In this document: positions 47,047 through 55,229 of the stretch, in pieces
How the letters are laid out: each line of letters opens with the position of its first letter
Numbering within the stretch: the stretch's first letter is position 1
DNA from: a virus
Reading direction: 5' to 3' (one strand)
DNA length: 64,000 nucleotides
Virus record (IMG/VR): IMGVR_UViG_3300009370_002293
Location: 35,813 to 99,812 of that record
Made by a program: the position numbers and the translations under genes
Notes under the pieces: model-generated
Told to the model about the DNA's origin: nothing
The model's input: only the letters and a program-made list of their open reading frames with translations
Databases searched by the model: none

Positions 47047-48140
47047 GGAAAAAGAAAAAAGAAGAAACAAATATTCAAGGGTCACTAGACCAGATCAAGG
47101 CTTATTTAAGCGAAAATAAAGGCGACCACTATAACTTTGAAGAAGAAAGGGATTATACTGTTTCAAGTGGTAGTCTTAAACTAGACATTGAAATGGGTGG
47201 GGGTATAAAACCGGGGGTAATTAGAGCCTCTGGAGTAACAGAGGGCGGTAAAACATCTTGCGCCTTAGCATTCGCCAAAAATTTTCAAAAAATGGAAAAC
47301 TCCATGGTGATTTATGTAAAATCAGAAGGCAGATTATCTGAAGACCTTCTCAAAAGATCAGGGGTTGATACAAGTGAAGAAAAATGGTTTGTTTATAAAA
47401 GTAATATTTTTGAATCGGTTATAGATTTTTTTAGGAGACTCGTTCACGACAACCCGCAAGATACCCGATATATGTTTATAATTGACTCAATGGACGCACT
47501 AGTGCCGCGTGGAGACTTGGAAAAGGGCTCTGATGAGGCAGTTAAAGTGGCTGGAGGCTCCCTTTTAACATCTGATTTCCTTAAAAGGATGGCCCTCTCC
47601 TTTGCAAGCAAAGGGCATGTTTGTTATATGATTTCTCAAGTAAGAAGCCAAATTAAATTAAACCCATACGAAAAAGGAGACCCAAAAATCACTAACGCGT
47701 CAGGAGGTAACGCCGCCCTTCATTACAGTGATTGGATTTTAGAATTTCAACCAAGATGGTCTAAAGATATAATCTCCACCCTCCCAAACGGGAAGGGCGA
47801 CCAATTAGGTCATTGGTGTAAAATTATCTTTAGAAAAAGTTCTAATGAAAAAACTGGGGTTGAGGTGCGTTATCCAATAAGGTATGGCAGAACTAATGGA
47901 AAAAGCGTCTGGGTTGAATATGAAGTGGTAGACATGATGTTAATGTGGGACATGGCTTCCGCCAAGGGTGCTTGGGTTACAGTGTCCGATGAAGTTATTA
48001 GTGAGGTAGAAGAAAAAACCAAGCTTGAATTTAAAAAGCAGCACCAAGGAATAGATAACTTTAGAAAATATATTGAAGAAAATAAAGAAATTGGTAAATA
48101 TTTATTCTATAAATTTAGAGAAGTCTTGAAGAAATCGTAA
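47043..48140 (+). CDS. RecA/UvsX-like recombinase
   Basis: SSGSLKLD..MGGGI, GVTEGGKT, IIDSMDAL, ISQVR, SGGNAALHYS. Confidence 0.85.
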   Translation: MRKKKKEETNIQGSLDQIKAYLSENKGDHYNFEEERDYTVSSGSLKLDIEMGGGIKPGVIRASGVTEGGKTSCALAFAKNFQKMENSMVIYVKSEGRLSEDLLKRSGVDTSEEKWFVYKSNIFESVIDFFRRLVHDNPQDTRYMFIIDSMDALVPRGDLEKGSDEAVKVAGGSLLTSDFLKRMALSFASKGHVCYMISQVRSQIKLNPYEKGDPKITNASGGNAALHYSDWILEFQPRWSKDIISTLPNGKGDQLGHWCKIIFRKSSNEKTGVEVRYPIRYGRTNGKSVWVEYEVVDMMLMWDMASAKGAWVTVSDEVISEVEEKTKLEFKKQHQGIDNFRKYIEENKEIGKYLFYKFREVLKKS

Positions 48141-48183
48141 TATATAGTTGTATAAAATTCAAAGGTGGTGTAACATATTTTAT

Positions 48184-48588
48184 GGGAGCGTACTGGATTC
48201 GATTTAGGGTCTTACGCCGAATTGCAAGTAGAGGATGATAGTTGGCCTCTTAAATCATCTATCTAGGTATTCAACTGCCAATAATATTGTTGATATGGCT
48301 CCTTCTCTCGACGAAGCTGATGCGATTCTCGCTAAGTTTGGTTGGGCCGAAGAGGCTGCTGTAGCTGCGTAAGCTACCCGTCCTACTCTGGATGCTCGTT
48401 AAGGAGTTAGGGCGTCGATAACGAGCAAAAAAAACTAGGAAGGGTGAGGAGTCTAGTCTAAATAAAGTGCCTCCAACCTCGTGTGTAGTTGTTAGTGATG
48501 AAGCACGAAAATTAACACTAACTAAACTTGTAGTATATTTGAGCCTATGGTTCTAAAGACGCGGGTTCGACTCCCGCCGCTTCCACCA
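48184..48588 (+). ncRNA. ssrA: tmRNA, tag ANNIVDMAPSLDEADAILAKFGWAEEAAVAA (48277..48372)
   Basis: 5' GGGAGCG..GGATTCGA pairs with 3' CGCTTCC-ACCA including G3:U; T-arm GCGGG-TTCGACT-CCCGC; PK1-like GAGG..GTTGGCCTC; resume context CAACT/GCC. Confidence 0.95.
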
Positions 48589-48597
48589 TTTTAAAAC

Positions 48598-49014
48598 ATG
48601 AGACTCTACAACATCAACGGAAAGCAACAATCCAAAAATGTCACAAAATATCTAATAGACTGGAACAAGAAAAGTCGTTCTAAAATACAATTTAAAGTAA
48701 AATCTTTTTTAAAAAAATACTGGTGTAATTGTATCGTTTATGAAGAGTTCCCAGTCTTTGGCTCTCGCATGAGCGTGGATATTCTTAATGCTACAAAAAA
48801 AATAGCCATTGAGGTACAAGGAAAACAGCACTCTTCATTTAACAAATTTTTTCATAATAATTCGCGCTCAAAGTATCTTGAGGGTATCAAAAGAGATCAC
48901 CAAAAGGCTCTGTGGCTTGAAAATAATAATTTTATTTTAATTGAAATTGAAGAAGATGAAATTTCTGAATTAAGTTATAACTTTTTTAAAGAAAAATTTA
49001 ACATTTGCCTATAA
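48598..49014 (+). CDS. Vsr/DUF559-like endonuclease
   Basis: EEFPV..VDIL..IAIEVQGKQH..RD..K. Confidence 0.7.
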   Translation: MRLYNINGKQQSKNVTKYLIDWNKKSRSKIQFKVKSFLKKYWCNCIVYEEFPVFGSRMSVDILNATKKIAIEVQGKQHSSFNKFFHNNSRSKYLEGIKRDHQKALWLENNNFILIEIEEDEISELSYNFFKEKFNICL

Positions 49015-49070
49015 ACAATTGACTCAAACTCAAAAAGAAACAATACTCAAGAAACTGCAAGAATACATAC

Positions 49071-50594
49071 ATGACAAAAGATTATTCCTCAGAAACCGAA
49101 AAAGATGTATTGGCCGGTATACTTAATTATCCAGCCCAAATAACACGTCACAGAAAAATTCTTTCACGAGACTTATTCTACGTTCCGTCTCATAAAATAA
49201 TTTATGATGTAATTAATAACGCCCTTCTGGAAGATAGGAAAACTGACCCTATAACAATAGCAGATAAAATAGATGCACATAACATTACCGATGAAAAAAA
49301 TAAATCTTTATGCCCTTATGTAAAAAGTATTTCCTTTAACCCGCCCGAAGAAGACAGTGTTGAAGAGTTAATTTATCAACTTAGAGACCTTCAATACAGA
49401 AGAGACGCAAAGGACGTCTTAAAAAAGATAGAGAGATCACTTAATAGTGACAAACCACTTTATGATATTCATAACGACATAAATTCAAAATGGACAGAGG
49501 AAATAAGACTGCCTTTAGCCGATCAATCTAAGCCTGAAAAACTTTTTAAAAATTATATTGAACTACTAGAAGATAAGGCTGCCAATCCTGTTGAAAACGA
49601 AGTAGGATATGATTGGCCATATGAGTTGCTAACAGATTATTACGGTAAACTTAGAAAAGGTGCGGTGCATGTAATAGTCGCTAGAGGAGGACAGGGTAAA
49701 ACAACCATGTTAAACCATGTTGGTTGGCATATTTTAAAGAAACATAATATTCCAGTTTTAATGGTAGATACAGAAATGCGTATCAACCCAATTAAACACA
49801 GATTATTTGCCGCCCTCTCCGATGTACCTGTTTACGCCCTAGAAGAAAACGAATGGTGGAAAAATGAAGAAATTAAAGAAAAGGTTTATTCCACCGCAAA
49901 CACTATAGATACTAACGCTAACCTTTTTCATATATATGTAGGTGGAAAATCAATCGAAGAGATAGAGGCTATCGTTCTTGATTTTTATTATAGAGAAGTG
50001 GGCGAAGGTAACCCATTCATGATATGTTATGATTATATTAAATGTGACGAAAAGGCTGTTAAAGGACACTGGGGCGAGCACCAAGCCTTAGGCGATCATG
50101 TGGACAAATTACACCAGCTTGCTGTTCAAACGAATGCTGTGGTTTTAACCGCTGCTCAAGCCAATAGGTCGGGAGACTCATTTAACAGAAGCGCGGGTAT
50201 TGCTGACGATAGCACCGCAATCGCTGACTCTGACAGAATTCAGCGTTATGCTGAAATGGTTTCTATATTAAGAACTAAAAATGCTAAAGAGTTAGCATTA
50301 GACGAAGGTATTGGGGAGGAAGAGGCTGAAGAGCTACGTCGTCTCAGGGACCCGAGTGCCTTTAGAAATGGCACTCATATTTTTACCGTTGTAAAAAGTA
50401 GACACATGGGTAGAAGGGCTGTTGGACACCTAGACTTCGTAAGACGAAGAGGGGAAAATGGCCAATGGATTACAGGTAGAAATTACCTTTGTTTCGAAAT
50501 AAATAACTTCAATATAACCGAAAAAGGTGACCTTAGATCAATAGTTGAACACCAAAATGACGACACAGATTTAGATGATGACGATATTTTGTAA
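49071..50594 (+). CDS. dnaB: Replicative DNA helicase
   Basis: EKDVLAGIL..FY..HK.IY N-domain, ARGGQGKT, DTEM, YDYI, AAQANR. Confidence 0.88.
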   Translation: MTKDYSSETEKDVLAGILNYPAQITRHRKILSRDLFYVPSHKIIYDVINNALLEDRKTDPITIADKIDAHNITDEKNKSLCPYVKSISFNPPEEDSVEELIYQLRDLQYRRDAKDVLKKIERSLNSDKPLYDIHNDINSKWTEEIRLPLADQSKPEKLFKNYIELLEDKAANPVENEVGYDWPYELLTDYYGKLRKGAVHVIVARGGQGKTTMLNHVGWHILKKHNIPVLMVDTEMRINPIKHRLFAALSDVPVYALEENEWWKNEEIKEKVYSTANTIDTNANLFHIYVGGKSIEEIEAIVLDFYYREVGEGNPFMICYDYIKCDEKAVKGHWGEHQALGDHVDKLHQLAVQTNAVVLTAAQANRSGDSFNRSAGIADDSTAIADSDRIQRYAEMVSILRTKNAKELALDEGIGEEEAEELRRLRDPSAFRNGTHIFTVVKSRHMGRRAVGHLDFVRRRGENGQWITGRNYLCFEINNFNITEKGDLRSIVEHQNDDTDLDDDDIL

Positions 50595-50595
50595 A

Positions 50596-51546
50596 ATGGA
50601 CGTTAAAGAAACATTACAAAGACTTGGGTATTCTAATTTAAAAGAATACGGAAAAGAGTACCGTACCAAACCATTATATAGAGACTCAGATAACCAAGGG
50701 AATGTATTATCCATATACAAGGATACAGGGTATTTTATTGATCACGCTAGAAGCGACATTAGAGGGTCTTTAGCCGAGCTAGTTAAAATAACTTTAAACC
50801 TTAAGACAATTCAAGAGGCCAGAAAATGGCTTGGGCGTGACTACGAAACTCTCGAAGGAGAGAATGAAAGTATTTTCAAGAAAAGCTACCATCAAGGTTC
50901 TGTCCATTTTATTAATCAAAATAAAATTTTTCATGAAAATAATTTAAACCACTTAATTCCCAATCACGAATACTGGAAAAATAGAGGTATTTCTGAGTCT
51001 ACAATGGATATGTTTAAAGGGGGTGTAGATGATGGAGTAGAAGGGGGTAAGTTCTATGGTCGCTATGTTTTTCCTATTTTTAATGTACATAAGGAAATAT
51101 TGGGGTTCTCAGGGCGTAACTTATTAAAAAACGAATCATCGTCTAGAGCAAAGTGGAAGCATTTAGGCCCCGTATCAAAAGCATTATACCCCTCATTTTT
51201 AAATGAAAAATTTATCACAAAAGAAAGACAAATTATACTTGTAGAAAGTATAGGTGACATGTTATCTTTATGGGATGGGGGGATTAAAAATACATTAGTT
51301 CTTTTTGGTGTTAATTTAACGGATGATATTTTATATTATCTTTTAAAAATTAAACCCAAAAAAATAATTATCTCCTTAAACGACGATGGGGAGAGTAGTA
51401 AAGCTGGCAATAGGGCTACCCAAAAAATATATAATGACCTTAATTCATATTTTGACGAGGATTTAATCCAAATATCACTCCCCACAAAAAATGATTTTAA
51501 CGAAATGAGCGCACAAGAAATCAAAAGGTGGGCAAACTCTTTGTAA
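50596..51546 (+). CDS. dnaG: DNA primase (TOPRIM)
   Basis: RYVFPI..GFSGR, KWKH, LVESIGD, LNDD..AG, NDFNE; start at ATG 50596 preferred. Confidence 0.82.
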   Translation: MDVKETLQRLGYSNLKEYGKEYRTKPLYRDSDNQGNVLSIYKDTGYFIDHARSDIRGSLAELVKITLNLKTIQEARKWLGRDYETLEGENESIFKKSYHQGSVHFINQNKIFHENNLNHLIPNHEYWKNRGISESTMDMFKGGVDDGVEGGKFYGRYVFPIFNVHKEILGFSGRNLLKNESSSRAKWKHLGPVSKALYPSFLNEKFITKERQIILVESIGDMLSLWDGGIKNTLVLFGVNLTDDILYYLLKIKPKKIIISLNDDGESSKAGNRATQKIYNDLNSYFDEDLIQISLPTKNDFNEMSAQEIKRWANSL

Positions 51547-51549
51547 ATT

Positions 51550-52560
51550 ATGAGCGATAAACTTAACGTAGCATTACTATCAGCATCCAGAATTAAAACC
51601 TTGGAATCGTGTTCTTGGAAATATTGGTGTAATTACCACCTTCGTCTTCCAAGTGAAGGAAATGATGGTGCTCGGAGAGGAACCGTGTGTCACCTTGTGT
51701 TAGAACTTCTTTTAAAGAAACGTCACAAAAAACATTTTACCTATCTTACAAAACATAAAAAATTTAATGAAGCAATAAAAAGGCTCGTCCTTAAAAATTT
51801 AAAAAAGGAAGGAGCCACGCTTTCTGATGAAAATTATAATCTATGCGAAGACATGATAATTGTCGGTCTTGAAAATGATTTCTTTGGAAAGGGTGGTAAA
51901 ATTGACAGCCCCGAACTTGAGTTTCTTTTAGAGAGCGATGACCCCCTCTATAAAGCTAAAGGTTTTATTGATAAGCCAATAAAATATAAAACTAAAATAT
52001 CCATTGTAGATTATAAATCTAGCCAAAACAAATTCACAGAAGGAGAGCTAGATTGTAATTTTCAGGCTATGACCTATGCTTTAGCAGCAAAAAAACTTTT
52101 ATGGCCAAAAATAAAAAAGGTTTCCGTTGATTTTTTATTTTTAAGATACCCCCAAGACCCATGGCAATCTATAGAATTCAATTCTGACCAGCTTAAAGGT
52201 TTCGAGCATTATTTGTCTCATGTCTATAAAATAATAAATAATTTCACAGAAGACTCAGCAACCTCAAATTTTGCCGCACACCAACCGATGCCCAAAAAAA
52301 ACGAAGGTTTTTGCGGTCCATTAAATTGTGGTTTCGCAAAATACCCGGGCCAACTTAAAAAAGATGGTAATCGTATGTGGCATTGTGATTTTAAATTCCC
52401 ATATGATTATTATGCCTTGGTTAACGAAGATGGAAAAACTCTAAAAAGCAGTCTTAAAAAGGAGTCCCTTGAGCCAGTTAAAAAAGGGCAAAAAATTATT
52501 GAAAAACACTACGAGGGGTGTCCTGTGCACAATAATATTGAAGACGATTTTGATTTTTAA
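51550..52560 (+). CDS. PD-(D/E)XK RecB-family nuclease
   Basis: LSASRI..C, RGT..H, GFIDK, IVDYKS, Q..Y, C-terminal cysteines. Confidence 0.8.
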   Translation: MSDKLNVALLSASRIKTLESCSWKYWCNYHLRLPSEGNDGARRGTVCHLVLELLLKKRHKKHFTYLTKHKKFNEAIKRLVLKNLKKEGATLSDENYNLCEDMIIVGLENDFFGKGGKIDSPELEFLLESDDPLYKAKGFIDKPIKYKTKISIVDYKSSQNKFTEGELDCNFQAMTYALAAKKLLWPKIKKVSVDFLFLRYPQDPWQSIEFNSDQLKGFEHYLSHVYKIINNFTEDSATSNFAAHQPMPKKNEGFCGPLNCGFAKYPGQLKKDGNRMWHCDFKFPYDYYALVNEDGKTLKSSLKKESLEPVKKGQKIIEKHYEGCPVHNNIEDDFDF

Positions 52561-52599
52561 TCTTGCCTTATTTTAAAAAATAAGCAATAATCACCTTTA

Positions 52600-53364
52600 A
52601 TGAGCTTAGTACCACTTTTTAAATCTCATTATAGTATCGGCAGGTCAATTCTAACCTTGTCAAAATCAGATGATATGGTAGATGGAGGTCCCGATTCCAT
52701 TATTGATATTTGCACTCAAAATAATTTAAAAGAATTTTATCTTGTTGAAGATTCAATGAGCGGATTTCTCGAGGCCTATATTAATTCTAAAGAAAATAAG
52801 CTTAAATTAATTTTTGGTCTTAGAATTACCGTTTGCCCTGATATAAACGAAAAGAATAAAGATTCATCAAAGGTAGGGCTGGCTAAATATATTATTTTTT
52901 GTAAAAATACTAGTGGATACAAAAGATTAATAAAAATTTCTTCTTTGGCCGCCAAAGAAGGGTTTTACTATGAACCCAGAATAGACTTCTCTACGCTTAA
53001 GAAGCACTGGTCTGATGAAGACTTAAAGCTTTCTGTGCCGTTTTACGATTCTTTTTTGTATAAAAACTATTTCAATGGAGACAATTGTCATACTGATTTT
53101 AGTTTTACTAGGCCTGATTTTTTTATTGAAAACAATAGGTTGCCATTTGATCATTTATTATTAAAAAGGGTGCAAGAGTTTACTGAAGAAGGCCAAAAAT
53201 ACCCGATGGTAAATACACAAAGTATTTATTATAAAAACAAAAAAGATTTTAAAGCCTATTTAACCTTTAGGGCCATTAACAAAAGAACCACTCTTGGAAA
53301 ACCCAATCTCGAATATATGGGTAGTGATACATTTTGTTTTGAAAAATGGAAAAATGAAAGCTAA
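52600..53364 (+). CDS. Stand-alone PHP domain of DNA polymerase III alpha
   Basis: KSHYS, KLIFG, KNTSGYKRLIKISS, GFYYEPRID; TTGCCT-17-AATAAT promoter upstream. Confidence 0.85.
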   Translation: MSLVPLFKSHYSIGRSILTLSKSDDMVDGGPDSIIDICTQNNLKEFYLVEDSMSGFLEAYINSKENKLKLIFGLRITVCPDINEKNKDSSKVGLAKYIIFCKNTSGYKRLIKISSLAAKEGFYYEPRIDFSTLKKHWSDEDLKLSVPFYDSFLYKNYFNGDNCHTDFSFTRPDFFIENNRLPFDHLLLKRVQEFTEEGQKYPMVNTQSIYYKNKKDFKAYLTFRAINKRTTLGKPNLEYMGSDTFCFEKWKNES

Positions 53365-53704
53365 AAAAATAGAAAAAGAATGGGGGTATGAGCTTTGGCT
53401 CGCCAACAATGCAGACGAAAATTATTGCGGAAAAATACTCCACATCAACGGAGGGGAATCTAGTTCTATGCATTTTCACGCAGAAAAACATGAGACTTTC
53501 TATGTTCTCTCAGGGGGGCTTCGAGTAGAAACAATTAATACACAAACCACGGAGAAAACCATGCATGTCTTGCAGCAAGGCGATACATTCGTGATTGACA
53601 GACTTACACCGCATCAGCTTTCTCCCGCTGGAAACGACGCTGTAGAAATCATTGAAATTAGCACCCTTCATAAAGATGAAGATAGTTATAGGGTCTGGAA
53701 ATGA
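53354..53704 (+). CDS. Cupin (mannose-6-phosphate isomerase-like)
   Basis: KEWGYELW, YCGKIL, SMHFHAEKHETFYV, EIST..DSYRV. Confidence 0.75.
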   Translation: MKAKKIEKEWGYELWLANNADENYCGKILHINGGESSSMHFHAEKHETFYVLSGGLRVETINTQTTEKTMHVLQQGDTFVIDRLTPHQLSPAGNDAVEIIEISTLHKDEDSYRVWK

Positions 53705-54339
53705 ATAAAAAATTATTAAGATTTGATAAAAGTAAAACTTTTGTTTTCATTGATTGTGAAACATTTAATTTATGTCTTAATTTTGCACATAATTTACCTT
53801 GGCAAATTTCCATGCTCAAAGTAAAAGGCGACGAAATTTTTGCATCTAAGGATTTTTATATAAAGTGGAATACCCATTTAAAAATAGGCAAAGAGGCGGC
53901 AAAAATTACACGTTATAGTGATAAAAAAATGCAAAAATTAGGTATCCCTCCCGAAGAAGCATATCCTACTATAAAAGATTGGCTCGATAACGCGGATTAC
54001 ATTGTTGGACATAATATTTTAGGTTTTGATGCATTTTTAATTAAAGGTTTCTACGAGTACATGGGGGATGACTACATTCCCTTAGTAGACAAGATGATAG
54101 ACACCAACTGTATTGCACGAGGTATTAAACTTGGCCTCGCCTATACCCCTGAAAACAATTTTTTAGAATATCAATTTCAGCTTATCAATAAAAGGGTTAA
54201 AGGTGTTAGAACTAATTTAACTGCACTCGGCAAAGAATATGATATTGAACATGATTATGACAAACTACACAATGCTTTAGTTGATTTAGAATTAAATTTA
54301 AAAATTTGGAATAAACTTAAGTGGCAAATAGACCTATGA
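53701..54339 (+). CDS. DEDDh 3'-5' exonuclease (epsilon-like)
   Basis: IDCET, VGHNILGFD, DT, LHNALVD. Confidence 0.88.
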   Translation: MNKKLLRFDKSKTFVFIDCETFNLCLNFAHNLPWQISMLKVKGDEIFASKDFYIKWNTHLKIGKEAAKITRYSDKKMQKLGIPPEEAYPTIKDWLDNADYIVGHNILGFDAFLIKGFYEYMGDDYIPLVDKMIDTNCIARGIKLGLAYTPENNFLEYQFQLINKRVKGVRTNLTALGKEYDIEHDYDKLHNALVDLELNLKIWNKLKWQIDL

Positions 54340-55229
54340 CCAAATTTGATGATGGTAAAATGCATGTTTTTACTCCATCTGGATGGTGGGGTGATCAAAT
54401 TTTAAATTTTTTTGCAATTAATTATTGTCTAGAAAAATACAAGTACTCTGAGGTCATTATTCATACCTCTAAAGATGTTTTTAACCCCCATCAAGGGACA
54501 TTTACACCAGCTGATGGTGATATTATTAAATTTTGGAGTACATTTAAGTTTGTTAAAGGTGTTCTTTTCGACATGAACCAACGAACCATGTATGAAGATG
54601 CAGAAAAAAGTCAGTATAAATGGTTTCCGTTTTTAAACGAAGCCATACCAGATTCTTATAATTGTAATTTAGCTAATTTTATTGATTTTTCACTTTTTCC
54701 GTGTTCTAGTTTTATAAAAACGATCCCCACAAACCAAAAAATTGCTATTTTTCAACCAATTTCATTAAAAAATAAAGCAGAAGACCAAAAGGAAAAATTT
54801 ATTTGTATCTGGAACCATAGTCTCAGAACCTTACTTTCTAAAAAGTATATGGTTTATATGATTGGTAGCCCTGATGATAAACTACTGTTACAGAATTGGC
54901 ACTCTGATTTACTGGATTCATCGTTTTTTAAAGAAGCAGAGGCTCAAGGTGTCTTAAAAAATCTAATGGGCAAATTAAGCATGTTTGAAGCAATTAACCT
55001 TGTGATGAATCACGCATCTTTTGTATTATCATGTTGCAGCTGGTCTGCGTGGTATGGTATAGCGTCTCAAGTGAAAACAGCTTTTTGCGCTGGCCCAGTT
55101 ATTGAGGCCGGTACTGACGATAAATATATAAACCTTATTACAAATAAAGATGTTTTTTACATGGACTTTTCTTCAAAAAAACAATACGCTGATGAAAATC
55201 TAGCTAAGTGGATAGGTGAAAATGCATGA
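54336..55229 (+). CDS. GT9-like glycosyltransferase
   Basis: GWWGD, IGSPDD, NLMGKLSMFEA. Confidence 0.5.
   Translation: MTKFDDGKMHVFTPSGWWGDQILNFFAINYCLEKYKYSEVIIHTSKDVFNPHQGTFTPADGDIIKFWSTFKFVKGVLFDMNQRTMYEDAEKSQYKWFPFLNEAIPDSYNCNLANFIDFSLFPCSSFIKTIPTNQKIAIFQPISLKNKAEDQKEKFICIWNHSLRTLLSKKYMVYMIGSPDDKLLLQNWHSDLLDSSFFKEAEAQGVLKNLMGKLSMFEAINLVMNHASFVLSCCSWSAWYGIASQVKTAFCAGPVIEAGTDDKYINLITNKDVFYMDFSSKKQYADENLAKWIGENA

Noticed and set aside
48520-48588. Stand-alone tRNA
   Set aside because: It is the 3' tRNA-like half of the tmRNA and pairs with 48184-48190
51550-52560. Cas4 of a CRISPR system
   Set aside because: RecB-family nuclease in a replication module; no array or cas1/cas2
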